Under the pieces are notes generated by a model. It saw nothing but the letters and a program-made list of their open reading frames with translations, made no database searches and was not told the DNA's origin. A stretch of 64,000 bases of DNA from Pseudomonadota bacterium (lineage in GTDB: Bacteria; Pseudomonadota; Alphaproteobacteria; Micavibrionales; UBA2020), in assembly GCA_023444705.1 (NCBI GenBank), contig JAEXMB010000033.1:581-64580 (forward strand), in the 5' to 3' direction. The position numbers were made by a program, and so were the translations under genes. This document shows positions 32,826 to 41,588 of this stretch, in pieces (within the stretch, counting starts at the first letter, position 1; every line of letters begins with the position of its first letter).

Positions 32826-33245
32826 CTAACCCTCGTCTTTTTCGATCACGACACGCAGTGCATAGGTGCCGCGGTATGTCTTGCCGTCGCCCATCAGCTG
32901 CACCTGCGCCGCCCCGCCCTGCTGAAGAACAACCCGCTGCCCTTCAATAGTAAGCGGGTTTGACAGCGCGCTTGCCACACCGGCAAGAACATCGCGCGCC
33001 TGCGCACCACCCGCCTGATCGCTATAGACCGCGCAAACCACCTGACAATCATCAAGCGTGTCAGCCTGGGTCGATAGCGGGCTGCTGGCGATCGACTCGA
33101 TCACGACATAAGGAAATTTGCCTTTCGCAGGCGCATAGGCACCAATACCCTGCTCTGCGTCCAGCAATAGCGACACCAGCGGCGCATGGCCTTGCAATGC
33201 CAGAAATACAGCCGCCTGCACGGCAGCATGATCGGGAACAGACAT
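32826..33245 (-). CDS. tail terminator/completion protein (DUF3168-like, GTA g8 class)
   Basis: AVFLALQGHAPLVSLL...KFPYVVIESIASSPLSTQ... pattern and its position. Confidence 0.55.
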   Translation of the reverse strand: MSVPDHAAVQAAVFLALQGHAPLVSLLLDAEQGIGAYAPAKGKFPYVVIESIASSPLSTQADTLDDCQVVCAVYSDQAGGAQARDVLAGVASALSNPLTIEGQRVVLQQGGAAQVQLMGDGKTYRGTYALRVVIEKDEG

Positions 33246-33331
33246 AAAGCCGCCTTCTCCTTGCTGTTGGCAATTTTGCCGAAAAGCTCTAAAATAAAGG
33301 GACCATAGACAGCGTCACCACAGGGGTACCC

Positions 33332-33982
33332 ATGACACGTTTTCCGCTTCTGGCCTTTGCCATCGCCCTTGTTCTTGCAACACCGGCCTATGCCGACTTC
33401 GCCGCCGGAAAAAACGCCTATGACACCAAAAAATGGGAACAGGCCATCATCAACCTGCGCCCGCTGGCCGAAAGCGGCGACGCACGCGCGATGGTCTTGC
33501 TCGGCAACATGTACGCGCAGGGTTATGGCGTCACCAAGGACGACAGCGAAGCCTACAAGCTCTACCGCCGCGCGGCACTGGCCGGCAATAACGAGGCAAT
33601 GGTCGTCACTGCCGCAATGCTGCAACAAGGTCTTGGCGTACCAACCGATGTCGCCACTGCGGTGCAGTGGTACAAGCGCGCGGCACAAACCGGTCAGCCC
33701 GGCGGCGCTTTCTTTTATGCGCTTTATCTGTTTCGCGGCAACAACGTCAACGACGCCAGCAAAAACCTGCTGCCCGACGCCCCCCAGGCCTATCAGTGGA
33801 TGCGCATCTGCGAGAAAATCAGCAAAGACCAGAAAATGAAGACAACGGCTGGCAAGATCGCCGATGAAATCGCCAAAAAGATCACGCCGGAGCAAGTCAG
33901 CGCCGCCGATGCCGCCGCCGCAGCGTGGAAACCAACACCCGTCAGTGAACTCGGCCCTGCGCCCGGCATCACCGTACCTTAA
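33332..33982 (+). CDS. secreted Sel1-repeat (SLR/TPR-like) protein; cargo gene on the opposite strand
   Basis: Signal peptide MTRFPLLAFAIALVLATPAYA. Sel1 repeats GDARAMVLLGNMYAQGYGVTKDDSEAYKLYRRAALAGNNEAMVVTAAMLQQGLGVPTDVATAVQWYKRAAQTG. Confidence 0.85.
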   Translation: MTRFPLLAFAIALVLATPAYADFAAGKNAYDTKKWEQAIINLRPLAESGDARAMVLLGNMYAQGYGVTKDDSEAYKLYRRAALAGNNEAMVVTAAMLQQGLGVPTDVATAVQWYKRAAQTGQPGGAFFYALYLFRGNNVNDASKNLLPDAPQAYQWMRICEKISKDQKMKTTAGKIADEIAKKITPEQVSAADAAAAAWKPTPVSELGPAPGITVP

Positions 33983-34362
33983 TCAAGGCGCGCGCCGAAT
34001 ATCCTGCGTCCCAAGAGAAAAATCGCATATTGGCGTGTGGCTGCATCGATGCGTGTCTGCGCGACAAACCATTTCAAAAAAACAGCCGCCGTGTATAAAA
34101 CCGCCGGTGCCCAGTAACGAAACACCACCAGCCAGACAAACAAGAAAACCACAGGCAAGGTATAGCGCAAAAGATCACCGCGATCGGTGATTTTAAAGGC
34201 ACGCTTCAGCGCAACACCACCGTTGCCGGCTGTCACCTCGCGCCAGTCGCCGCCGCGCGCACCGTCCATATAACGCTGCACATCACGTTCAAAACGACGG
34301 TGGTCCCACAGGTGGAAAATAGCCACCAGCCATAAAAACCCGCTGAAAAGAACAAACTTCAT
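33979..34362 (-). CDS. hypothetical 3-4 TM membrane protein inserted in the head-tail joining module
   Basis: 127 aa with FVLFSGFLWLVAIFHLW and LPVVFLFVWLVVFRYWAPAVLYTAAVFLKWF. No counterpart in canonical GTA/HK97 modules. Confidence 0.5.
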   Translation of the reverse strand: MKFVLFSGFLWLVAIFHLWDHRRFERDVQRYMDGARGGDWREVTAGNGGVALKRAFKITDRGDLLRYTLPVVFLFVWLVVFRYWAPAVLYTAAVFLKWFVAQTRIDAATRQYAIFLLGRRIFGARLD

Positions 34363-34371
34363 GCCCGACCG

Positions 34372-34704
34372 TCATTCGCTGCGCACCTGGATCTCAAGAT
34401 ATTCCTTCCGGTGGCCGACATCAAGGACACTCTCCACGATATAAACGGCATTGTCACCCAGCAGCCGCATATCCTCCCTGACATCGGTGCGATAAGCGAT
34501 GGTGATTTTATGGCGCGTGCGGGTTTTCAGCGCCCCGGCCTCCACGCCCCGCGTAACAGCAATATCATCAATTGCCGCATAGACAACCGGACATTCCTCC
34601 GGCTCTTGCCACATCACAGTAGTGCCGCCCTTGCCGTCGGCCACCAGCGTGAAGCCCTGCAGTTTCAAGACATGGCGCAAAGCGCCGCGTGGTTTTTTAC
34701 TCAT
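34372..34704 (-). CDS. head-tail adaptor / head closure protein (GTA g7, SPP1 gp16 class)
   Basis: LRHVLKLQGFTLVADGKGGTTVMWQE...TRHKITIAYRTDVREDMRL...YIVESVLDVGHRKEYLEIQ. ATGA-coupled to the connector gene. Confidence 0.65.
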   Translation of the reverse strand: MSKKPRGALRHVLKLQGFTLVADGKGGTTVMWQEPEECPVVYAAIDDIAVTRGVEAGALKTRTRHKITIAYRTDVREDMRLLGDNAVYIVESVLDVGHRKEYLEIQVRSE

Positions 34705-35348
34705 CGCAGCGATACCTCGCGAAAGGGCGCCAGCAAGGCCGCAGCACCGCACCGTGCCAGCGCGCTATCGCCGCCATCACCACGGTTTGCGTAAAGATAC
34801 GCCGTCAGCTGGCGGATGGCCTGTTTGTAAACCAGCGGTACCGCGCTTGCATCGCCATACCCCGCCACTATGCGGATTTCGATGGCGTTCATTGTGCGCA
34901 GATCCGCAAATCCCGTATCAGCCAGCGACAGCCGCGCGCCAAGGGCATCAAAAGCGTAATCTGTCGGTGCGATGGTGCGCGCGCCACCAGCAACGTCATG
35001 CAGGTAAATCGCCTCGATCGCCTGCACCGGCGCCACAGGCAGGCGCACGGCCAGATTGTCCTGCAACGCCGCACCCTCGCGCACGCCGTCCCACCACACC
35101 ACATTGGTGTCAAGCGGCCAGCGGTCCAGAAACAACGCCAGCGTGCGCGTAACCAGCACTTTGCCGGCGTAGCTTTCACACAGCACACGCGCCGTTTGTA
35201 GCAGCGTGGCAAGTTCGTCATCCTGCACCGTATCGCTTATACGCAGGTGCGTCTTGATCGCCGCCAGTTCAACCGGCTCTTGCCCGGGCGCGGTCAGTTC
35301 CTGCACGCGGTATTCATGGGGTGCCAGTATTTTCAAATGTGGCGGCAT
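34701..35348 (-). CDS. head-tail connector protein (gp6-like)
   Basis: ELAAIKTHLRISDTVQDDELATLLQTARVLCESYAGKVLVTRTL is the typical gp6-like N-terminal motif. Confidence 0.7.
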   Translation of the reverse strand: MPPHLKILAPHEYRVQELTAPGQEPVELAAIKTHLRISDTVQDDELATLLQTARVLCESYAGKVLVTRTLALFLDRWPLDTNVVWWDGVREGAALQDNLAVRLPVAPVQAIEAIYLHDVAGGARTIAPTDYAFDALGARLSLADTGFADLRTMNAIEIRIVAGYGDASAVPLVYKQAIRQLTAYLYANRGDGGDSALARCGAAALLAPFREVSLR

Positions 35349-35417
35349 AGCCTCTCTCCTGCTTGATCAATCGTGCAAAAAGGGCAGGCAGGGCCCCCCG
35401 CCCGCCCTTTTGCCGTT

Positions 35418-35861
35418 TTACGCCTGCGGCTTTTGCGCAAGGTTGCCTTTGATGGCCAGCACAGCGAGCGCACCGCCACTTTCCAGCGACACCGGTGTTG
35501 CGCTCACGCGCACAAAACGCTTGCCGCCCTGATAGGCCAGCGTGTGGCGTTTGTTGGTCTTGCCCGCCGCATCGATAGACAAAAAGATGCCATTGGCCAG
35601 GCCGCTTGCGCCCAGCACATCGGCATCGCCGCAAGCAGCATAGGCGCCTGCGTTGCCGCTGCCGTCGTCATCGGCATGTTCGATCTTCACATCAATGCGG
35701 TTATCCGCGTCGAGCGCATCGCCAACCGCGCCGACAGCCACGATGAAGGCCAGATTTTCCGCGCCCTGCATGTCGATGGCGGCACCGGCCACAGGTGCCG
35801 AGAGTACCGTTTGCGGCGCAACCGCCTGAATGACGGCCAGAGAGTTGATAAGGTCGTGCAT
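35418..35861 (-). CDS. head-associated hypothetical protein (possible decoration/cement protein)
   Basis: AGGA RBS. 147 aa, between the capsid and connector genes. Gly/Ala/Asp-rich. Confidence 0.5.
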   Translation of the reverse strand: MHDLINSLAVIQAVAPQTVLSAPVAGAAIDMQGAENLAFIVAVGAVGDALDADNRIDVKIEHADDDGSGNAGAYAACGDADVLGASGLANGIFLSIDAAGKTNKRHTLAYQGGKRFVRVSATPVSLESGGALAVLAIKGNLAQKPQA

Positions 35862-36076
35862 AGTTATTTTCCTTTCGTGAAAAGAGGGGCATACAGGCCC
35901 GCACGTTCTGGCGGCGCAGAACCACACAGGGGAGATGCGGTTTTTCTGCGCCAAAGGCATGATGCGGGAGGGGAGCCCGAAAACTCATGCCGGACTGCGG
36001 CGGCAAACGCCGGTCATATTCGCCATGATGGCGGGCCTGTATGCAGACGGGAGCGCTATCAACGTCCCGCCAAGGC

Positions 36077-37363
36077 TTAGGCGCTGAATTTCATCAGCTT
36101 GATGGCCTCGAAGTTGACAACATCGCCGCCGACACGCTTCGTCGTATAGAACTTGACGTAGGGCTTGGCAGTGAAGCTGTCGCGCAGGATGCGGATACCT
36201 TGGCGGTCAACGATCTGATACCCCGCCTTGAAATCGCCAAAGGCGACAGACAGGCTGCCGCTGGCGATATCGGGCATATCTTCAGCCTCGACGACGTCAA
36301 AGCCCAGCAGTGTTCCGCCCTGCTTGAGCTGGAAGTCAGGCTGCCACAGATAATTGCCGTCGCCATCCTTGAGCTTGCGCACCTCGGCCAGCGTCGAGCG
36401 CTTCATCATGAAAACCGCGTTTTCGCGATAGGCCGACTTCAGCGCAAAGACCAGATTGATCAGACGGTCGCCAGGGTCTTCGTCGTCAAAGGCACCATTG
36501 GCGCCCGACGCGATCTGCTCGATCACGTTGAAAGCCGACGCCGTCGGCGTACCCGCAGCATAGGTCAGGAAACCGCGCGGCTTGCGCACGCCGTTGCCGG
36601 TGACGAAGGCCTCGTTTTCCATGCGCGCCATGCGCTCGGCAATCTTGCCGGCCAGCCATTCTTCGACGTTGAACATCGCATCGTCGAGCAGTTTTTGCGT
36701 CGCACGCGGCTCGGCATATTGCTCATGCACGGGAATGCGGTATTCGCCGATCTTGGGGCTTGTGGTTTCGCTGCGCGCCTCGTTCTCGCCCACCCAGCCC
36801 GATGTTGCTTCGTTGACATCATGGATGCCTTCAAGTGCGTCGGTACCGATGGTTACCACATTGGCGACCTGACGCAGGGGCGAGGTTTCGCGCACCAGCT
36901 GCGCAATGCGGCCCGACATATCCGGCGTGACGGTATAGCCACCATCGGGATCCGACCCGACGGAGAGCGCCTTGATCTCGTCCACCGCGCTGCCGGCGTT
37001 ATTCTTGCGCACATAGCTGCGGAAAGCCGATTTATAGTTGCGGTAGGCATCGATGCCAAGATCGGCAATGCCGCTGCCTTTGCGCTCCAGCGCGAAGGTT
37101 TCCGCTTCTTTCCACTCATCACCCGCGCTCAGGCGCGAGCCGCGGCTGATTGCGGTTTCCATCTGGTCCAGACGGCGTTTGGCGTTGTCCGCAGCATCGA
37201 TTGCGCGCGTGATTTCACCGTTGAGACGGTTGACCTTCATATCCGTCAGCGGATCAGCGTGCCCGCGGCGCTCGATCTCGCGCAGGCGTTGGTCGTTGGC
37301 ATCCTTGAATGCCTCAAAGGCGCGGCCGAGGTCATAGACCGCCGTTTGAACGTCGTTGCTCAT
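36077..37363 (-). CDS. major capsid protein, HK97 family
   Basis: 428 aa. N-terminal coiled delta-like region. C-terminus NYLWQPDFQ...LLGFDVVEAEDMPDIASGSLSVAFGDFKAGYQIVDRQGIRILRD...YVKFYTTKRVGGDVVNFEAIK. Confidence 0.9.
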   Translation of the reverse strand: MSNDVQTAVYDLGRAFEAFKDANDQRLREIERRGHADPLTDMKVNRLNGEITRAIDAADNAKRRLDQMETAISRGSRLSAGDEWKEAETFALERKGSGIADLGIDAYRNYKSAFRSYVRKNNAGSAVDEIKALSVGSDPDGGYTVTPDMSGRIAQLVRETSPLRQVANVVTIGTDALEGIHDVNEATSGWVGENEARSETTSPKIGEYRIPVHEQYAEPRATQKLLDDAMFNVEEWLAGKIAERMARMENEAFVTGNGVRKPRGFLTYAAGTPTASAFNVIEQIASGANGAFDDEDPGDRLINLVFALKSAYRENAVFMMKRSTLAEVRKLKDGDGNYLWQPDFQLKQGGTLLGFDVVEAEDMPDIASGSLSVAFGDFKAGYQIVDRQGIRILRDSFTAKPYVKFYTTKRVGGDVVNFEAIKLMKFSA

Positions 37364-37390
37364 GTCTTGTTCCTTTTATGCTGTGAATGT

Positions 37391-38083
37391 TCAGGTCAGC
37401 GCGCGGATGCGTGCCGCCAGGTTGCGCAATGCCGCAACCGCATCAGTACCGCCGTCGCACGTCGCAGGCACGGCATCCCGCCAGGCCTCACCATCCGCGC
37501 AAAGCGACTTGTAGCCATCGGCCAGCAGGGCCTTGGCTTGTTTGCGGCTTAGCCCTGCATCCCGCAGGAACGCCTCAAATTCTCTTTCCGTCGGCATCTC
37601 GCCGGTGGCCAGCGCCGACTTCACGCGGACAATGCGCGCGCTGTCGTTGGCCGGAAATGTCACCATCGACACCTCCAGAAGGTCTACATCGGTCAGAACA
37701 CGCACGCCGCTTTTCTGGTCGCGGTGGGATTGTCGCACGCGGTAGCCGATGGACAGGCCATTGACGACTTTTTCCTGCATAAGCTTATACGCCTCGCGCG
37801 CACGTGCGATATCGGCGACGAACAGGTCGCCTTTGACGTAGAGGCCGCGGCTGTCCTCGTACATCTCCCGCCATGCGCCGATGGGTTGTGCCGTATCATG
37901 CTGCCATAACAGTGGCGGCAGGCGTTGCCCGCTTTTCATTTCTGCAAGACAGCGGCGAAACGCCCCGGGCGAAATGCTGTCGCGCACGGAGTCAACAACA
38001 TTGAAAACCGACGCATATCCTTCGAACTGCCCGCTTTCCGCCTGAAATTTGACCTCAAAGCGGCTTTCCATCTGCTTGTGCAT
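37391..38083 (-). CDS. prohead protease, HK97 family
   Basis: GQFEGYASVFNVVDSVRDSISPGAF...PLLWQHD...IGAW...GLSIGY pattern. Confidence 0.85.
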   Translation of the reverse strand: MHKQMESRFEVKFQAESGQFEGYASVFNVVDSVRDSISPGAFRRCLAEMKSGQRLPPLLWQHDTAQPIGAWREMYEDSRGLYVKGDLFVADIARAREAYKLMQEKVVNGLSIGYRVRQSHRDQKSGVRVLTDVDLLEVSMVTFPANDSARIVRVKSALATGEMPTEREFEAFLRDAGLSRKQAKALLADGYKSLCADGEAWRDAVPATCDGGTDAVAALRNLAARIRALT

Positions 38084-38086
38084 CGC

Positions 38087-38386
38087 TTATCCCTCGTCCG
38101 TTGTAAAGACCCGCGCCAGCAACGACGCCACCGCACTGCGGTAACGCTCAAAACCCTGCGCAACCATGTCCTGCCCAAGCGCCATATAGTCGCAGGAACA
38201 TCCCGCGCGCGCCAAAAGGATATGGCAGAGGCTGACCAGCTCACCCGCCGTCCACGCACCCTGCGTCAGGCGCGCATACACCATGCCAAGACTGCCCATT
38301 TCATCTTCGATCTCGCAGATCGTGGCGAAATCAAGCGTGACACGATACAGCCGCTGCGCATACGCCAAAGCAATATCCGCACTCAT
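38087..38386 (-). CDS. small GTA g3.5-like protein between portal and protease
   Basis: I chose the start at ATG 38386, which is ATGA-coupled to the portal stop. 99 aa. The position matches the small ORF of GTA clusters. Confidence 0.45.
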   Translation of the reverse strand: MSADIALAYAQRLYRVTLDFATICEIEDEMGSLGMVYARLTQGAWTAGELVSLCHILLARAGCSCDYMALGQDMVAQGFERYRSAVASLLARVFTTDEG

Positions 38387-39675
38387 GACAAGCGGTCTCC
38401 GTCGGGTAGCGGTCCCATGCCAAGGGCCTGGCGTTTTTCGTTGATGGTCATGAATGATGCGCCGGATATACGCGTCCATACTTTTTCGCGGCGCGGGGCC
38501 AGCGCCTCGATATGGTCGAGGTCATAATCGATGTGGATATCGTTACCGAATTGCGGCGCCAGCCATGCGTTCAGCTCTGCCTTCATATGTTCGACCAGCG
38601 GCAGGATAGCGTCATCATAAAGTGCCAGCCGCGCCTGCTCGAAATTGGCGAAGGTCAGCGATCCTTCAATGCCGATCAGCTGCGGCGGCACATGAAAGGC
38701 CAGCGCAATCTCGCGCGCCGATACGTCCTTGCCCGCCAGCCAATCCATATCCTTGGGGCTCAGCGACATCTCGCGCCAGTCAAGCCCGCCTTCCAGCACC
38801 AGCGGGCGGCCCGCGCGGTCACTGCCGGTATAGTATTGCTCAAGCTCGCTGCGCAGGCTGGCGCGTTGCGCCTCGGTCAGCGTATCAGGTGCATCGGCAT
38901 GGGCAGGCTTGAAGACAAGCGCACCCGACGGGCGGCCCGACGCCTGCAACAGGCTGGCGTTCCAGCGCGCGGCGTCGTTGTGCTGGTCAACGGATACCGC
39001 TGCGGCTTCAAGCGGGCTCATGCCGTACCAGTCATCAAGCGGGTGAAAGGTCTTGAGATGCAAGACATCCGCATAGCCGCTTACCGCATTGACGGGATAG
39101 TCAACGTGTTGCTGGCCCATCTGACAGCGGTAGGCGCCGACCACGCCTTGCGCCGTGGGAATAACGCGCATACGGTCAGGGCGCAGTGTCCACAATTCGC
39201 GCACGCCGCCGTCAAGCCCCCGAATGGCCTCAAGATAGCTGTTACCCGCGATCAGGTAATAGGCATAGACGCTTTCGAAAAACTCCGCCCCCGCCTGCAT
39301 GGGGTTGGGCTGGCGCAGCAGATCCACCAGCGGATGGTCCTGCACCTTGAACCTGCCCTCGCCCGTGCCGCGATAGACAACAAACGGCACACAGGCCGCA
39401 TTACGGCTCACCAGCTGGATAGCACGGTAGGCGACCACATTCTTGCGGTACCCCTCGTCGGCCAGCGTATCATACTGGCGCGGGGTAAAACGCGGCTGGC
39501 CCGCGCCAAACGGCACCATCAGCGTCGCGCTGTGCGAGGCTTTCTGCTCCGGCGCGCGGTGCAAAACCTGTCCATCCATCCGCTCCACAGTATGCGCGGC
39601 GCGCGTAAACCACCCGCGCCAGCCGGTTTTCTTTTCTGCCGTCATCGACATGATCCTTCCTGTTATATTCGCCAC
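38383..39675 (-). CDS. portal protein, HK97 family
   Basis: 430 aa. NSYLEAIRGLDG...LWTLRPDRM...AAVSVDQHNDAARWNASLLQ...LEGGLDWREMSLSPKDMDWL. Confidence 0.85.
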   Translation of the reverse strand: MANITGRIMSMTAEKKTGWRGWFTRAAHTVERMDGQVLHRAPEQKASHSATLMVPFGAGQPRFTPRQYDTLADEGYRKNVVAYRAIQLVSRNAACVPFVVYRGTGEGRFKVQDHPLVDLLRQPNPMQAGAEFFESVYAYYLIAGNSYLEAIRGLDGGVRELWTLRPDRMRVIPTAQGVVGAYRCQMGQQHVDYPVNAVSGYADVLHLKTFHPLDDWYGMSPLEAAAVSVDQHNDAARWNASLLQASGRPSGALVFKPAHADAPDTLTEAQRASLRSELEQYYTGSDRAGRPLVLEGGLDWREMSLSPKDMDWLAGKDVSAREIALAFHVPPQLIGIEGSLTFANFEQARLALYDDAILPLVEHMKAELNAWLAPQFGNDIHIDYDLDHIEALAPRREKVWTRISGASFMTINEKRQALGMGPLPDGDRLS

Positions 39676-41138
39676 ACGGTCGGCTTGGCAGGCGCCATGC
39701 GGCCCAGTAAAAGCTCGCTCACCGCCCAGGTGCGCGCATCCATGCGGTCAGGGCTGCCCGCCGGCATCTGCGGGTCAAAACTGCACATCTGGTCTTCGAG
39801 TTTTTCAAACAGGCCGGCGTGGTGTACGCGGCCACTGCTGTCAAGGGCTGCCACCGGCTCCGCACGCGCGACTTTGCCGCGGCTGGCACGCACAGCCTTA
39901 TAAGATACGCCCGGGTCAATCGCGCGCAGTGTTTGTTCGACCAGGTCACCACCCTGATTGACCTCGGCCACCACACGGTCGGCCTGATAGGTGTGATAGG
40001 CATCAATCGCGCGCTGCGCCCACAGGACCGGCGGCATGACACCGCTGAGGTCATCCAGCACATAGGCGTGTCCGTGCGCGTCGCACCCCGCCACGATAAT
40101 GCCCGTTTCATCGCTGCCCGCATGCGCCGTCACTGCGGGATCAACCGCGACGACAATACGCGTCAAGGTTGGAACATCGGCGCGCGTCATGCGGTTGCGC
40201 GCGATCGTTTCGCGCGACCATAGCGCACGCGGATGATCGGCCTGAAAGGCCTCGTCCGGATCACAGGGATATTCGCGGCGAAAACGGTGCGCACCACCCA
40301 GCTCGGCGATTTTCGCGCGCCGCCAGAACACCTGCGCTTCGTCAAGACCATAGCGCTGCATCAGCGCCTTTTCATCTTCGCCCAGAATGAACAGCGCCGG
40401 TGGCGTTTTACGGTATTCGTCCTGCCAGAACCACGGCACGAAGATAAAACGATACGGCGAATTACCCTGCCGTGCGCGCTGGCACAAATCATAGAACAGC
40501 CCGGCCGGACCGGCCGAGGTGCTTTCAAGAATAATCTCCGTCCCCGCGACATCGGGCACAGCTTGCAAAACACCGGCCATATGGCGCTCTGCATGCGGCC
40601 AGTAGGCGACTTCGGAGCCGTGAAAAAGCTGTACGGTATCCGAACGCCCCACATCCTGGGAGCGCGCCGTACCAACACGGTAACTCGCGTCCAGACGGTC
40701 AAAGACAAGTGCCCTTGCGTTCAGCTGGCCCGCATGCGGCTTGACCACTGCCGGACAGTGTTCGTGAAAGCGCCGCACAATCTGGTAGACGTTGCGGCTG
40801 GCATCCTCAAGATGCGTCAGGATAAAAGCGCGCATACCGCGTTGATGCGTCAGGCGCCAGTAAAACCGCCCCTGCACATAAGTCGAACAGCCTTGCTGAC
40901 GGCCCTTGAGAATGATCGCGCGCACGCGCCCTTCCTGCCGCCGCTGTTCTTCCAGCACGTGATGGATATATGCCTGCGCCGCATTCAGCGTAAACGGCAA
41001 TACCCAGCCCTGCTTGCTGCGCAATTTGAGACATTTTTGCGCATAATGCGCGAAGTCGTCGCGCAGGCGCTGGCGCAGCGCACGTTCATCCGGCGTCATG
41101 CGTGTCAGGCAAGCTGTTGCAAAGCGTCTTCGTGGCAA
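39663..41138 (-). CDS. terminase large subunit
   Basis: 491 aa. ATPase motif AIILKGRQQGCSTYV. Nuclease-half acidic motifs VAVDPA...GSDETGIIVAG and ADRVVAEVNQGGDLV. Confidence 0.85.
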   Translation of the reverse strand: MPRRRFATACLTRMTPDERALRQRLRDDFAHYAQKCLKLRSKQGWVLPFTLNAAQAYIHHVLEEQRRQEGRVRAIILKGRQQGCSTYVQGRFYWRLTHQRGMRAFILTHLEDASRNVYQIVRRFHEHCPAVVKPHAGQLNARALVFDRLDASYRVGTARSQDVGRSDTVQLFHGSEVAYWPHAERHMAGVLQAVPDVAGTEIILESTSAGPAGLFYDLCQRARQGNSPYRFIFVPWFWQDEYRKTPPALFILGEDEKALMQRYGLDEAQVFWRRAKIAELGGAHRFRREYPCDPDEAFQADHPRALWSRETIARNRMTRADVPTLTRIVVAVDPAVTAHAGSDETGIIVAGCDAHGHAYVLDDLSGVMPPVLWAQRAIDAYHTYQADRVVAEVNQGGDLVEQTLRAIDPGVSYKAVRASRGKVARAEPVAALDSSGRVHHAGLFEKLEDQMCSFDPQMPAGSPDRMDARTWAVSELLLGRMAPAKPTVWRI

Positions 41139-41347
41139 TAAGCCGAAGCGTCATCCGCCCCTGATACCGGCGGCTTGACCGCATAGATCTTGAGCAATGA
41201 CAGCGCGACGTTCACCTGCGTCGGCGTCATTTCATGTTCGCCCAGCGCATGCGCCTGCAACACGGCAACAAGCGCCGCCGTATCGGGAACGATATGCACA
41301 GGCGGCTGTCTTCGCGCGGGCGAAGCCGTTTTTTTGCGTGATGTCAT
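41105..41347 (-). CDS. small protein upstream of TerL (possible small terminase / g1-like)
   Basis: 80 aa from ATG 41347. Assigned on position only. Overlaps the TerL start. Confidence 0.35.
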   Translation of the reverse strand: MTSRKKTASPARRQPPVHIVPDTAALVAVLQAHALGEHEMTPTQVNVALSLLKIYAVKPPVSGADDASAYCHEDALQQLA

Positions 41348-41515
41348 GGGAAAATCTTTTCGGTTGGCAGGTCGGTGTGGCTGAACCTGATAAGCGATGA
41401 TGAACAAAACCTATCAAACATGACCCCGCAGCACCAGCACAAACGCACACACGCCAGCATCACGGCATGTAATCGCTTTACGTGCCAACGCTTTAGACAC
41501 GAAACTTTTTCTCCG

Positions 41516-41552
41516 TGCAAAAAGTAACGCCGGATACATCGCAACCGGCGTT
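41516..41552 (-). terminator. rho-independent terminator ending the long ankyrin operon
   Basis: Minus strand reads AACGCCGG, 11-nt loop, CCGGCGTT, then ACTTTTTGC. Confidence 0.6.
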
Positions 41553-41588
41553 ACAATCATGAATTGATGTTGAGTAAGAACGTCTTGC

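Larger units (their letters stand above)
19061..41347. mobile_element. tailed-phage-derived element (defective prophage or GTA-like cluster) with cargo genes
   Basis: Contiguous repressor, early genes, lysis cassette, tail fiber, tail tip, tail, head-tail joining, HK97 capsid/protease/portal and terminase genes. I recognised no integrase, replication module or flanking direct repeats. Boundaries are approximate. Confidence 0.65.

Noticed and set aside
33101-33895. 264-aa minus-strand ORF overlapping the Sel1 gene
   Set aside because: The plus-strand product has a signal peptide and textbook Sel1 repeats. The minus-strand translation is featureless. It would have restored operon continuity, but I found no support for it.
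36041-41141. Long plus-strand ORFs (36041..37552, 38512..39903, 40233..41141) over the capsid, portal and terminase genes
   Set aside because: The minus-strand frames encode recognisable HK97 capsid, portal and TerL sequences. The plus-strand frames are compositionally biased shadows.
19061-41347. Calling the element a bona fide gene transfer agent
   Set aside because: Gene order is GTA-like, but there is an adjacent repressor, a local lysis cassette, a tail fiber and a lambda-like (DUF1833-like/gpM-like) tail tip. These fit a defective temperate phage equally well. Function cannot be judged from sequence alone.
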